Origin: an uncultured Gemmatimonadaceae bacterium
Lineage (GTDB): Bacteria; Gemmatimonadota; Gemmatimonadetes; Gemmatimonadales; Gemmatimonadaceae
DNA length: 64,000 nt
NCBI GenBank assembly: GCA_963817955.1
Contig: CAWFQK010000004.1
Location: forward strand, 288,001-352,000
Direction: 5' to 3'
Part shown: positions 10,337 to 19,687 of the stretch, piece after piece
How positions within the stretch are numbered: the first letter of the stretch is position 1
Layout of the letters: each line of letters begins with the position of its first letter
The notes under the pieces: generated by a model
The model's database searches: none
The model's input: only the letters and a program-made list of their open reading frames with translations
What the model was told of the DNA's origin: nothing
Program-made: the position numbers and the translations under genes

Positions 10337-12826
10337 ATGGCCAATCGTAGCATACCCGAGCTCCTCGCCCCTGCCGGCTCCCTCGACGCCGTTCGCGCCG
10401 CCGTTGCCAACGGCGCGGATGCGGTCTATCTAGGCGCAGCCCGCTTCAACGCACGCGACGAGGGGGCCCAGCTCTCCCTCCTGGAGCTCGGCGAGGCGTG
10501 CCGCCTGGCTCACGAGCGCGGCAAGCGTATCTATCTCACGCTCAATGTCCTGATCAAGCCGGCGGAGCTCGCGGAGGCGCTCGAGTTCCTTGGCGAGGCC
10601 GTGGACATCGGCATCGATGCGGTTCTCGTGCAGGACATCGGGCTGGTTCGCCTCATCCAGCAGGTATATCCGAAGCTCGAGATCCACGGGTCGACGCAGA
10701 TGACGGTGCACGATGCATCGGGCGCGGCCCTGTTGCAGGAGCTCGGGGTTCAACGCGTCGTGCTGGCGCGCGAGAACACACTCGACGACATCCGTGCCAT
10801 TCACCAGGCCGTGCCCGCGCTCGAGCTGGAATCGTTCATTCACGGCGCGCTCTGTATTGGTTACTCGGGACAGTGCTTCATGTCCGGCATGATCTCCGAG
10901 CGGAGCGCCAATCGCGGATCGTGCGCGCAGTCGTGCCGCAAGGACTATGTCCTCACCGACTCAGCCACGCACGAGGAGCTCGACCGCGGATACCTCATCT
11001 CGGCCAAGGACCTCGCCGCGTACGACCATCTGGACGCCCTGGCCGAGGCGGGGGTTGGCTGCCTCAAGGTGGAGGGGCGCAAGAAGAAGCCGGAGTACGT
11101 CGCCATCGTCACCAAGTCGTACCGCCAGTTCCTCGACCGCGTCGAGCAGGATGCATGGGTGCCGCCGTCGGATGAGGAAGTGCAGCCGCTGGTACAGATC
11201 TTCAGCCGCGGCTTCACGGGCGGCATGTACGGCGGTCGCGCCGGCCGCGGCTACGTCACGCGCACCCAGCCCGACAACCGCGGCATGGTGCTGGGTACGG
11301 TGGTTGGACACGAACGCGGTGAAATGATCGTCGAGGTCAACGCGCCGATCCAGGTGGGCGATGGCCTCGGCTTCGAGGCACCGGACGCCGTAGGCGGGCC
11401 GACGACAGGCTTCAGCGTCGGCGCCGTGCGCACGTTGGGGACGCGTGGTGGCTCGTTCCAGCAGGCGATCGAGACGCGTACTCGCATCAGCGCCGGCTGG
11501 CGGGTGGTGCGGACATCGGAAGCGCAACTGTTGGAGCGTGCGCGGGCCACGTACGCCGCACTCCCCTCGGAGATTCGCGCGAAGAAGTCGAGGCTCGACG
11601 TGCGACTGTTCGGCGCGGCGGGCACGGGGCTCAAGGGTGTGTTCACGGCCGACGGTGAAACCGTCACCGTTCGGACGGAAATCGCGCTCTCGCCTGCGAG
11701 CAAGCGCCCACTCGACGTGAGCGTGCTCCGCGAGCAGATCGGCCGCGTCGGCGATACGCCGTTCGTTCTTGGATCGCTCGATGTGGCCGCGCTCGCCCCC
11801 GGGCTCTTCCTGCCGGTGAGCGAGCTGAATCATCTGCGCCAGCTTGCGGTGGAGCAGCTCATGACGCGCCGCGATTGGGCGCAGCAAGCCAGTCACGCCG
11901 AACGGCGGCGCCAGATCGACGACGCCGTCTCGAGCGTTCGGGTCAGCACGGAACATGACGCGGCCGCCGCCTTCACACTCGCGGCGCAGGTATACACGAT
12001 CGACGATGCGGAAGCCGCCGCCGAAGCAGGTGCGACTGAGATCTGTTTCGACCCGTTCCTGCGTCATCCGGCGCCGCCCAAGGCGCGCGTGCGCGCGCTC
12101 CAGGAAACGCTTGTGGCACGCGGCGTCACGCTGCGTCTTCGCACGCCGACCATGGTGCGCCCCGAAGAGCGCGCGAGCGTACAGCCCTGGCTCGACCTCG
12201 GACTGCCCATGCTGACCGGCCATCTCGGACTCATGGCCGAGCTGTCGCGAACAGGACGAGACGTGGTGGCGGACTACGCGGTGAACGCGTTCAACCAGCA
12301 CACGGCGGCGGAGCTGTTCCGGCTCGGCGCGCACCGCATCGTGGCCTCGGTGGAGCTCACGACGGACGAGCTCGCGCAGCTGGCGGCGCCGTGGAACGGC
12401 AACGGCTTCGACGTCTTTCTCTATGGCCGTCCGGAGGGCATGACCATAGAGCACTGCGTGTTGTCGGCGGCGTTCGACCGCGAGCCGACCACGTGCCGAG
12501 ACCTGTGTGTGCAGAAGCATCCCAACGTGGAGCTCACCGATCCAACGGGCTACAGCTTTCCGGTCGCGACGGATTCGGCGTGCCGGAACCGGTTGCTGCA
12601 CTCGCGCCCGGTGGAAGGCTCGGAATTTCTGCCGTCGCTCTGGCGCGCCGGAATCCGCGGGTATCAGATGGTCTTCAACGTTCCCGGCGACGACATTCGC
12701 GGCATCGTCGCAGGGTATCGCATGGCGCTCGACGCGCTGGCCGCCGGCACGACAGCGGACGTGGACGCCGTGCGCCGGATTGTTGGATCGACGTTCACCC
12801 GCGGACATTTTGCGCGCGCGGTGTAA
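10337..12826 (+). CDS. Peptidase U32 family protein with DUF3656 and second U32-like domain (RlhA-like rRNA hydroxylation protein)
   Basis: PELLAPAG, GADAVYLG, HGSTQM, ARE, HGALCIGYSGQC, NRGSCAQSCR and LKVEGR. The 829-aa length fits long RlhA-type members. Confidence 0.85.
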   Translation: MANRSIPELLAPAGSLDAVRAAVANGADAVYLGAARFNARDEGAQLSLLELGEACRLAHERGKRIYLTLNVLIKPAELAEALEFLGEAVDIGIDAVLVQDIGLVRLIQQVYPKLEIHGSTQMTVHDASGAALLQELGVQRVVLARENTLDDIRAIHQAVPALELESFIHGALCIGYSGQCFMSGMISERSANRGSCAQSCRKDYVLTDSATHEELDRGYLISAKDLAAYDHLDALAEAGVGCLKVEGRKKKPEYVAIVTKSYRQFLDRVEQDAWVPPSDEEVQPLVQIFSRGFTGGMYGGRAGRGYVTRTQPDNRGMVLGTVVGHERGEMIVEVNAPIQVGDGLGFEAPDAVGGPTTGFSVGAVRTLGTRGGSFQQAIETRTRISAGWRVVRTSEAQLLERARATYAALPSEIRAKKSRLDVRLFGAAGTGLKGVFTADGETVTVRTEIALSPASKRPLDVSVLREQIGRVGDTPFVLGSLDVAALAPGLFLPVSELNHLRQLAVEQLMTRRDWAQQASHAERRRQIDDAVSSVRVSTEHDAAAAFTLAAQVYTIDDAEAAAEAGATEICFDPFLRHPAPPKARVRALQETLVARGVTLRLRTPTMVRPEERASVQPWLDLGLPMLTGHLGLMAELSRTGRDVVADYAVNAFNQHTAAELFRLGAHRIVASVELTTDELAQLAAPWNGNGFDVFLYGRPEGMTIEHCVLSAAFDREPTTCRDLCVQKHPNVELTDPTGYSFPVATDSACRNRLLHSRPVEGSEFLPSLWRAGIRGYQMVFNVPGDDIRGIVAGYRMALDALAAGTTADVDAVRRIVGSTFTRGHFARAV

Positions 12827-12910
12827 GGCTTTTAAGCGCAAGAGTGCGGTGTAACGCTTTTGAGCGCGGGCGTGCGGTGTAACGCTTCCGTTGGCAAGCG
12901 CGCGGTGTCA
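12818..12910. repeat. 28-bp-period array with conserved GCGGTGT(A/C)A head
   Basis: Heads at 12818, 12846, 12874 and 12902. The first contains the U32 stop codon. Confidence 0.75.
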
Positions 12911-13102
12911 TTCCGAGCGAAGCGAGGGATCTACTTTTCATCTCGGGCAGCATGCTCCACAACCCGGCAGGAGATTCTTCGCTTTGCTCAGAATGACAGC
13001 ACGCTCAGAATGACAGCACGCTCGGAATGACAGCACGCTCGGAATGACATCACGCTCAGATCGCTCAGAATGACGTCGCGCTCAGATCGCTCGGAATGAC
13101 AC
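12906..13102. repeat. TGTCAT-type palindromic (REP-like) element with 17-bp tandem amplification of its right tip
   Basis: Arms TGTCATTCCGAGCGAAGCGAGGGATCT (12906-12932) and AGATTCTTCGCTTTGCTCAGAATGACA (12972-12998). GCTC(A/G)GAATGAC occurs at 12986, 13003, 13020, 13037, 13063 and 13089. Confidence 0.9.
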
Positions 13103-13103
13103 G

Positions 13104-15188
13104 GTGAGTGACACCGCCCACACCCTCGACGACGCACGCGCGGCGCTGCTCGAGCACTTCGGGTACACGTCGTTCCGGCCTGGACAGGAGGCGGCCGTCG
13201 AGTCCGTGCTCGCCGGCCGCGATACCCTCGTCGTGCTGCCGACCGGCGGCGGCAAGTCGCTGTGCTACCAGGTGCCGGCGCTGATGCTCCCCAAGCTCAC
13301 GGTCGTCATTTCGCCACTCATCTCCCTCATGAAGGATCAGGTGGACGCGCTCGAAGCGCGCGGCCTGCCGGCGACGTTCGTCAACAGTACGCTCACGTCG
13401 TCACAGATCTCTGATCGCCTGGCCCGTGCCGTGCGCGGCGACGTGAAGCTGCTGTACGTCGCCCCCGAGCGGTTCGACCTGGGCACCACGGCAGAACGGC
13501 TGCGCCAGGCCGGCGTGTCGCTGCTCGCGGTGGATGAAGCGCACTGCATCAGCGAATGGGGGCATGATTTCCGGCCGAGTTATCTGCGCATTGGTCAGGT
13601 GCGCGAGCGGCTTGGCTGGCCGCCGACGGTGGCGCTCACCGCCACCGCCACACCGCACGTCCGCACCGACATCGTCGCGCAGCTCAAGCTCGAGTCGCCT
13701 ACGACGATCATCACCGGATTTGATCGCGCCAATCTCACATACGGCGTGCTGCCCACCCGCACGGACGTCGAGAAGGATGACGCGCTCGTCCATCTGTTGA
13801 AGGCAACCGATGGGCTGGCGGTGATCTACGCATCCACCCGGAAGGCCGTCGAACGCATTGCCATGCTCCTCGAGCGCGCCCGGATTCCGGCCGCGGCGTA
13901 CCACGCGGGGCTCGATGACGAGCGGCGGCACGCCGTACAGGACGCATTCATGAGCGAGAAGGTGCGCGCCATTGTCGCGACCAACGCGTTCGGCATGGGG
14001 ATCGACAAGGCGAACGTGCGGCTCGTGATCCACTACGCCATGCCCGGCTCGCTCGAGGCGTACTACCAGGAAGCTGGCCGCGCCGGTCGCGATGGCGCGC
14101 CGGCCGCGTGCTATCTCCTGCACTCGTTTCCCGATCGCTTCACCCATGAGTTCTTCATCAAGGGTGCGTATCCGGACCGCGGGCTCGTCGAGGAGGTCTA
14201 TGACCTGTTGCGGCGCAACGCCGACGCGAGCGGTGCCGTGGACGCATCGCCCGACAACATCGCGTCGCGGCTCAAGACGAAAACGAGCGGACGCGAAGTA
14301 GAATCGGCGCTGCGGGTGCTGACGCAGGCCGGCGCCTATACCGTGTCGCCCGAGGGCGGCGCACGAGTGCTCGTGCGGCTCCTCGCCACGCCGGAGCGAA
14401 TCAAGCGCGAGCTTGGCGAGCAGGACGCGCTCGAGCTCGGATTGCTGCGCGCCATGTGGAAGGTCGCGGGCTCGGCGCTCAACGAAGGTGCGCCGATCGA
14501 CCTCGACGGGATGCCGCCCGGATTCGGCGGCGGCGCCGGCGCCATGCCACTCCTCGACAACCTGCAGTCGCGGCAATTCGTCTCATGGAAGCGCTGCGGC
14601 AGTGGTACGGCGCTCACGGCGCCGGGCAAACCAATCAGCGCCTTTCGCATCGACTGGGCAGTCATCGAGCGACGACGCAAGGCGGATTTGCAGAAGCTCG
14701 ACACCGTGCAGCAGTACGCCTACACCAAGGGTTGCCGCCGGGGCTTCGTGTTGCGCTACTTCGGCGATCCGGCTGCGCGCACGTCGTGCAGCGGTTGCGA
14801 CAATTGCCTCGGCACGCGTGTCGACGTGGAGCAGGGGGGCGCGCCCGACATGCACCGTGGGGCAAAGGCATCGCGAGGCAGACCACGTCGCCGCGACACG
14901 GAAGCCCCGAGCCGCCGAGAAGATCCGGACGAAGCGCCCACGCTCACGGGCGCCGACGAAGCGCTCCTCGCGCGGCTGCGCGACCTGCGTCGCACCATCG
15001 CCGGTGAGGCCCACGTGCCGGCGTATATCGTGTTCGGTGATCGCACGCTTGCGGAAATGGCCGTCCGGCGGCCGACGAACGAGCAATCCCTCGGACAGAT
15101 TCGAGGTGTTGGACCGGTTAAACTTCAAAAGTACGGCGAACAATTCCTCGAAGTCTTGCGCTCAGCCGACGATACGGAAGCAGCCTGA
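13104..15188 (+). CDS. recQ: ATP-dependent DNA helicase RecQ with HRDC domain
   Basis: PTGGGKSLCYQ, DEAHCISEWGHDFRP, ATNAFGMGIDK, QEAGRAGRDG, Zn-binding CRR...CSGCDNC and a C-terminal HRDC domain (PAYIVFGDRTL). Confidence 0.95.
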   Translation: MSDTAHTLDDARAALLEHFGYTSFRPGQEAAVESVLAGRDTLVVLPTGGGKSLCYQVPALMLPKLTVVISPLISLMKDQVDALEARGLPATFVNSTLTSSQISDRLARAVRGDVKLLYVAPERFDLGTTAERLRQAGVSLLAVDEAHCISEWGHDFRPSYLRIGQVRERLGWPPTVALTATATPHVRTDIVAQLKLESPTTIITGFDRANLTYGVLPTRTDVEKDDALVHLLKATDGLAVIYASTRKAVERIAMLLERARIPAAAYHAGLDDERRHAVQDAFMSEKVRAIVATNAFGMGIDKANVRLVIHYAMPGSLEAYYQEAGRAGRDGAPAACYLLHSFPDRFTHEFFIKGAYPDRGLVEEVYDLLRRNADASGAVDASPDNIASRLKTKTSGREVESALRVLTQAGAYTVSPEGGARVLVRLLATPERIKRELGEQDALELGLLRAMWKVAGSALNEGAPIDLDGMPPGFGGGAGAMPLLDNLQSRQFVSWKRCGSGTALTAPGKPISAFRIDWAVIERRRKADLQKLDTVQQYAYTKGCRRGFVLRYFGDPAARTSCSGCDNCLGTRVDVEQGGAPDMHRGAKASRGRPRRRDTEAPSRREDPDEAPTLTGADEALLARLRDLRRTIAGEAHVPAYIVFGDRTLAEMAVRRPTNEQSLGQIRGVGPVKLQKYGEQFLEVLRSADDTEAA

Positions 15189-15195
15189 TAATCAT

Positions 15196-16410
15196 ATGGA
15201 CGACGCTCTCTATTTCTCCGAACAACACCTCGCGACGCGCGAAATGGTCCGCGAGTTCGCGCGTGACGAAGTGGCGCCCGTGGCCGCCAAGCTGGACGCC
15301 GAAGCGAAGTTCCCCTGGGAGAACATTCGCAAAATGGCCGACCTCGGCCTACTCGGCGTGCCGTGGCCCGAGGAACTGGACGGCGCCGGGCTCGATCTGA
15401 TCAGCTACATGATCGTGATCAACGAACTGGCAAAGGTGGACGCATCGCACGGGCTCACGATCTCGGCACACACGACCCTCGGCACGTCGCCCATCGTGAA
15501 CTTCGGCACGGCAGAGCAGCAGCGTCGCTACGTGCCGCTACTCGCCGCCGGTAAGGTGATGGGCGGCTTCGGGCTCACGGAACCAGATGCGGGCAGCGAC
15601 GCCGGCGGCACGCGTACGACGGCCGTTCGCAAGAACGGACACTACGTGCTCAACGGCGTCAAACGCTTCATCACGCACGGCGGCGTCGGTGAGATCTTCG
15701 TGGTCACGGCGGTCACTGACCCGTCGATGGGAACGAAGGGCATCAGCGCGTTCATCCTCACCAAGCCGACCATCGATCTCGAGGCCGCCAAGGCCGTCGG
15801 TGTGGGACATGATGCATCGCTGCCGGCCATGAAGGGATTCCGGTCAGGCAAGAAGGAAGACAAGCTCGGCTGGCGCGCATCGGATACGTGCGAGCTGATC
15901 ATGGAGGACGTCGAGGTGCCCGAAGAGAACCTGCTCGGGCGCGAAGGGCAGGGATTCACCAACTTCATGCGGACGCTCGACCACGGTCGCATTGGCATCG
16001 CGGCGTTGTCACTCGGTATCGCCGAGGGGGCGTTCGAGCAGGCGCTGCAGTACACATGCGTTCGCAAGCAGTTCGGTCAGGCAATCGCCACTTTTCAGGG
16101 CGTGCAATTCCAGCTTTCAGACATGGCTACCGAGATCGAAGCCGGAAAGCACCTCATGTTCCACGCCGCCTGGCTGGCGGAACATGGCAAGCCGTTCACG
16201 AAGGAGGCAGCCATGGCCAAGCTGTTCTGCTCTGAGCTGGCGATGCGCGCCACGATCAATGCGGTCCAAATGCACGGCGGATACGGCTACACGAAGGACT
16301 ATCCTGTAGAGCGTTACATGCGCGACGCCAAGATCTGCGAGATCGGCGAAGGCACGTCCGAGATCCAACGGATTGTCATTGCGCGGCAATTGATGAAAGG
16401 GTTGGACTGA
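15196..16410 (+). CDS. Acyl-CoA dehydrogenase (short/branched-chain type)
   Basis: GFGLTEPDAGSD, KRFITHG, KLGWRASDT, RKQFG, QMHGGYGY and IGEGTSEIQR. True start is MDDALYF at 15196. Confidence 0.95.
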   Translation: MDDALYFSEQHLATREMVREFARDEVAPVAAKLDAEAKFPWENIRKMADLGLLGVPWPEELDGAGLDLISYMIVINELAKVDASHGLTISAHTTLGTSPIVNFGTAEQQRRYVPLLAAGKVMGGFGLTEPDAGSDAGGTRTTAVRKNGHYVLNGVKRFITHGGVGEIFVVTAVTDPSMGTKGISAFILTKPTIDLEAAKAVGVGHDASLPAMKGFRSGKKEDKLGWRASDTCELIMEDVEVPEENLLGREGQGFTNFMRTLDHGRIGIAALSLGIAEGAFEQALQYTCVRKQFGQAIATFQGVQFQLSDMATEIEAGKHLMFHAAWLAEHGKPFTKEAAMAKLFCSELAMRATINAVQMHGGYGYTKDYPVERYMRDAKICEIGEGTSEIQRIVIARQLMKGLD

Positions 16411-16840
16411 CCTAACTCATTGCCAAAAAGCCAGTTCGCCGGTTAATTAGTAGATAGTGACTATTCGTTTGTCTTCTCCCGCTCTGTACCCACTCGGCGA
16501 CTCGAGTCCGGGCACGAGCGTGTCGCGCGCTCTCACGGTCAATGCTGTCTTGGCCGTGCTTGGTGCGCTCGTCCTGCTTCCGGTGCACGGCCTGTCTATC
16601 TTGGCCGATCGCACGTCTCTCCGCACCCTGCTGGACCCGGTGAGGACCACACGGTCCAAGCCTGCGCGCAGTCGCGCATCCCAGCCGGAGAGGGCGTGGT
16701 CGATCACACGGATGTTTCGGACATTCCTCTCGCGTGCTGCCGTGAACGACGTGCATCCGACACGGCGCGCTCTACACCTTCTCATTTCCGTCACGCCCCT
16801 CCCGCTGAGTCGCCGGGAGTTGGGATGGTGCCGGACACCG

Positions 16841-18409
16841 ATGAAACGAGAAATTCTGATCAACGCGAATCCGCGGGAAACGCGGGTCGCCATCATCGAG
16901 GACGACCAGCTCGTTGAACTTCTGGTCGACCGTCCCGAGACGCGCCGGATGGTCGGCGACATTTATCTCGGACGGGTGGAAGCCGTGCTCCCCGGCATTC
17001 AGGCAGCGTTCGTCGACATAGGAACGGAGAAGAGCGCGTTCCTGCACGCGTCTGATCTCGTCTATCCCGAAGACGAAGCCGACGCCGATCATGACGACGA
17101 CAATGACGACGAGGACGACGAGGCGGATGCCGGCGGCGCAGGTCGCCGCCGCCGCGCCAAAGCGCCGGCCATTCAGGATGTCCTGAAGCGCGGCCAGGAC
17201 CTCCTCGTCCAGGTCTCCAAGGAACCCATCTCGACGAAGGGACCGCGCGTCACCGCGCAGGTCTCCCTCGCGGGCCGCTTCCTGGTCTACATGCCGTTCG
17301 CTCGAACGCGTCGGCGTGAGCCGCAAGATCGGCGATCGTGCAGAGCCGCAAACGCTTGCGTGGCCAGGTCGAGGCCGTTCTCCCCAAGGACGCCGGCGGC
17401 GTCATCGTTCGCACCGTGGGCGAGGACGTCACTCAGGAAACGCTCGAACGCGAGTTGACCACGCTCATCGGCCAGTGGAAGCGGATCAAGCGGAAGACGC
17501 ATTTCGTCCGTTCGCCGTCGCTCATCCATCGCGAGACGAGCCTGACGCGCGGCCTCATGCGCGACGTGTTCAGCGACGAAGGTGGAGCAGGTGACGGTGG
17601 ACTCGAAGCAGGTCTACAACGAGATCGTCGAGTACCTGAAGGGAATCGCACCCGAGCTGATCGACCGCATCAAGCTGTACGAGGACGTCACGCCACTGTT
17701 CGACAAGGCGAACATCGAGCAGGAGATCCGCGATCTGTTCAAGCGGCGCTGCGATCTCCCGTCGGGCGGTTATCTGATCATCGAGCCGACCGAAGCGCTC
17801 GTGTCCGTCGACGTGAACTCGGGCCGCTACACCGGCAAGAAGGACCCGGAAAAGACGATCTTCAAGACGAACCTCGAGGCGGCGCGCGAAGTGGCCCGCC
17901 AGGCACGGCTTCGGGATCTGGGCGGCATCATCGTCTGCGACTTCATCGACATGGAGACGAAGGCGAATCGGGACAAGGTGCTACAGGAGCTACGCACCCA
18001 CCTCGGCCGCGACCGCGCCCGCACGAAGGCATTCGCCGTGAGCGACCTCGGATTGATCGAGATGACTCGGCAGCGCGTACGGCAGAGTCATCTGCAGAAC
18101 ATGACCGAGGCGTGCCCCACGTGCCGCGGCACCGGCCGCGTCTTCACGGCCGAGACGATCGCGCGTCGAATGGAACGGTCAGTTCGCCGGGTCGGGCTGG
18201 AAGGGAAGCGCGATCCCCTGGTGATTCGCGTGCACCCGGACGTCGCGATGTACGTGCTCGAGAACGAAAAGGATCTGATGAAGAAGCTGGAGAAGGCGGT
18301 GAACTTCACCCTCGAGCTTCGCGACGACCCGCTGCTCAATCCGGACGAATTCAAGCTGGTGGTAAAGTCGGCGGGGAGGGATGTAACACAGCAGTATGCT
18401 GTCGCTTAG
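16841..18409 (+). CDS. Ribonuclease E/G family; split by apparent indels (~17305-17345, ~17580)
   Basis: MKREILIN, GDIYLGRV, GIQAAFVDIG (S1 domain), KGPRVT, SVDVNSG, GGIIVCDFIDM and CPTCRGTG. Has an acidic insert in S1. Confidence 0.93.
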
Positions 18410-18420
18410 TAAGACGTTAA

Positions 18421-18786
18421 CTACGCCAACTCCCTAACTACGCCAACTCCCTAACGGCGCTGACTCCCTAACTGCGCTAACTCCCTAACGGCGCTGACTC
18501 CCTGACTGCGGCTTACTGCGGCTCTTACTGCGGCTTACTGCGGATTACGGCGGGGCTCCCCACCGTTGCCGGCGGTGAAATCGGGACTCGTACTCGGTGC
18601 TCGACCGAATGTCCCGCGGGTGAGACGACGAGGTGGCGGGGAAGAAGACGAGGTGAAGGATCCGTCGTAAGCCGTCGTAAGCCGTCGTAAGCCGCAGTCA
18701 GGGAGTCAGCGCCGTCAGGGAGTTAGCGCAGTTAGGGAGTCAGCGCCGTTAGGGAGTTGGCGTAGTTAGGGAGTCAGCGCACTTAG
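18421..18786. repeat. Large inverted-repeat element made of mirrored 17-bp and 10-bp tandem arrays around a ~110-bp unique core
   Basis: Left: 5x CnnCGCnnACTCCCTRA, then 4x CTGCGG(C/A)TTA-like units. Right: TAAGCCG(T/C) units, then 5x TYAGGGAGTnnGCGnnn. 18438-18515 is the reverse complement of 18688-18765 with one mismatch. Confidence 0.95.
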
Positions 18787-18806
18787 CAGTTCGCGCCTTT
18801 ATGACG

Positions 18807-18835
18807 TTGACATAAGGTATGGCAATCCCTAACTT
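18807..18835 (+). promoter_or_regulatory. Sigma70-type promoter of rplU-rpmA
   Basis: TTGACA-N17-TAACTT. Confidence 0.7.
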
Positions 18836-18871
18836 TATAGGCTCACCGCACCACGCAACCGAGTCCTTTTC

Positions 18872-19189
18872 ATGCCTTACGCAATCATCAAAACCGGCGG
18901 CAAGCAGTTCCGTGTCGAACCGGGTCGTACGTACAAGATCCCGTCGCTCGTCGGCGAAGCCGGCGGCACGATCGAGTTCAATGACGTCCTCCTCGGGAAC
19001 GACGGAAACACCGTCAAGACCGGCGTGCCGTCACTGAGCGGCGCGAAGGTGACCGGCGAGATCGTTCGCCATGGTCGCGGTGACAAGATCATCGTCTTCA
19101 AGCAGAAGCGCCGGAAGAACTACTCGAACAAGCGTGGTCACCGGCAGGGCTTCACTGAAGTCCGTATCAACGACATCTCCCTCGGCTGA
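18872..19189 (+). CDS. rplU: 50S ribosomal protein L21
   Basis: [13 protein letters not shown]...[13 protein letters not shown]...GHRQ. Confidence 0.98.
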   Translation: MPYAIIKTGGKQFRVEPGRTYKIPSLVGEAGGTIEFNDVLLGNDGNTVKTGVPSLSGAKVTGEIVRHGRGDKIIVFKQKRRKNYSNKRGHRQGFTEVRINDISLG

Positions 19190-19201
19190 GCGAGGTACCT
19201 A

Positions 19202-19489
19202 ATGGCACATAAAAAGGGCGTCGGCTCCTCGCGCAACGGCCGCGATTCCAATCCGAAGTACCGCGGCATCAAGAAGTACGGCGGCGAGAGGGTGGTAGCC
19301 GGCAACATCATCGTTCGTCAGTGCGGTACGCGCTGGCACCCTGGCAAGAACGTCGGCCTCGGCACGGACTACACGATCTACGCCCTCGTTGACGGCGTCG
19401 TGAAGTTCGAGCACAAGAGCAAGGCTCGCTACAAGGTCAGCGTCTATCCGCCGCAGGCCGTCGAGGCCAAAGCGACGACCGCCGCCTAA
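19202..19489 (+). CDS. rpmA: 50S ribosomal protein L27
   Basis: [19 protein letters not shown]...[10 protein letters not shown]. Confidence 0.98.
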   Translation: MAHKKGVGSSRNGRDSNPKYRGIKKYGGERVVAGNIIVRQCGTRWHPGKNVGLGTDYTIYALVDGVVKFEHKSKARYKVSVYPPQAVEAKATTAA

Positions 19490-19518
19490 CGCAGAGCGCA
19501 GTACACGCAACAGGAACG

Positions 19519-19549
19519 AGGGCCCCGTGATTCACGGGGCCCTTTTCTT
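19519..19549 (+). terminator. Rho-independent terminator after rpmA
   Basis: Inverted repeat AGGGCCCCGTGA / TCACGGGGCCCT followed by TTTCTT. Confidence 0.85.
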
Positions 19550-19687
19550 GTGATGCGTCCCCGAGTTCCATTGCCCATCGCCACCTCCATCGAGCATTCT
19601 CCCGACAAAAGAGGGTGCGGAACACCCCGTGCAGGCATCGGTCGGGCAGCATACTGTTAGGACCAACTCAAGATCGGAGATGCGGCG

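Noticed and set aside
10961..12841. Long antisense ORFs (626 aa here; also 26002-27810 and 49325-50986)
   Set aside because: These are shadows of GC-rich sense genes and have no recognisable motifs.
12818..13102. CRISPR array
   Set aside because: Units are 17-28 bp in total, spacers are 12 nt or less and partly similar, and no cas genes occur in the window.
14413..16410. 665-aa ORF as an extended acyl-CoA dehydrogenase
   Set aside because: The first ~260 codons are an alternative frame of recQ. Homology starts at ATG 15196.
18548..18662. Hammerhead ribozyme in the hairpin core (stem followed by GAAA)
   Set aside because: There is no CUGANGA core at the required position.
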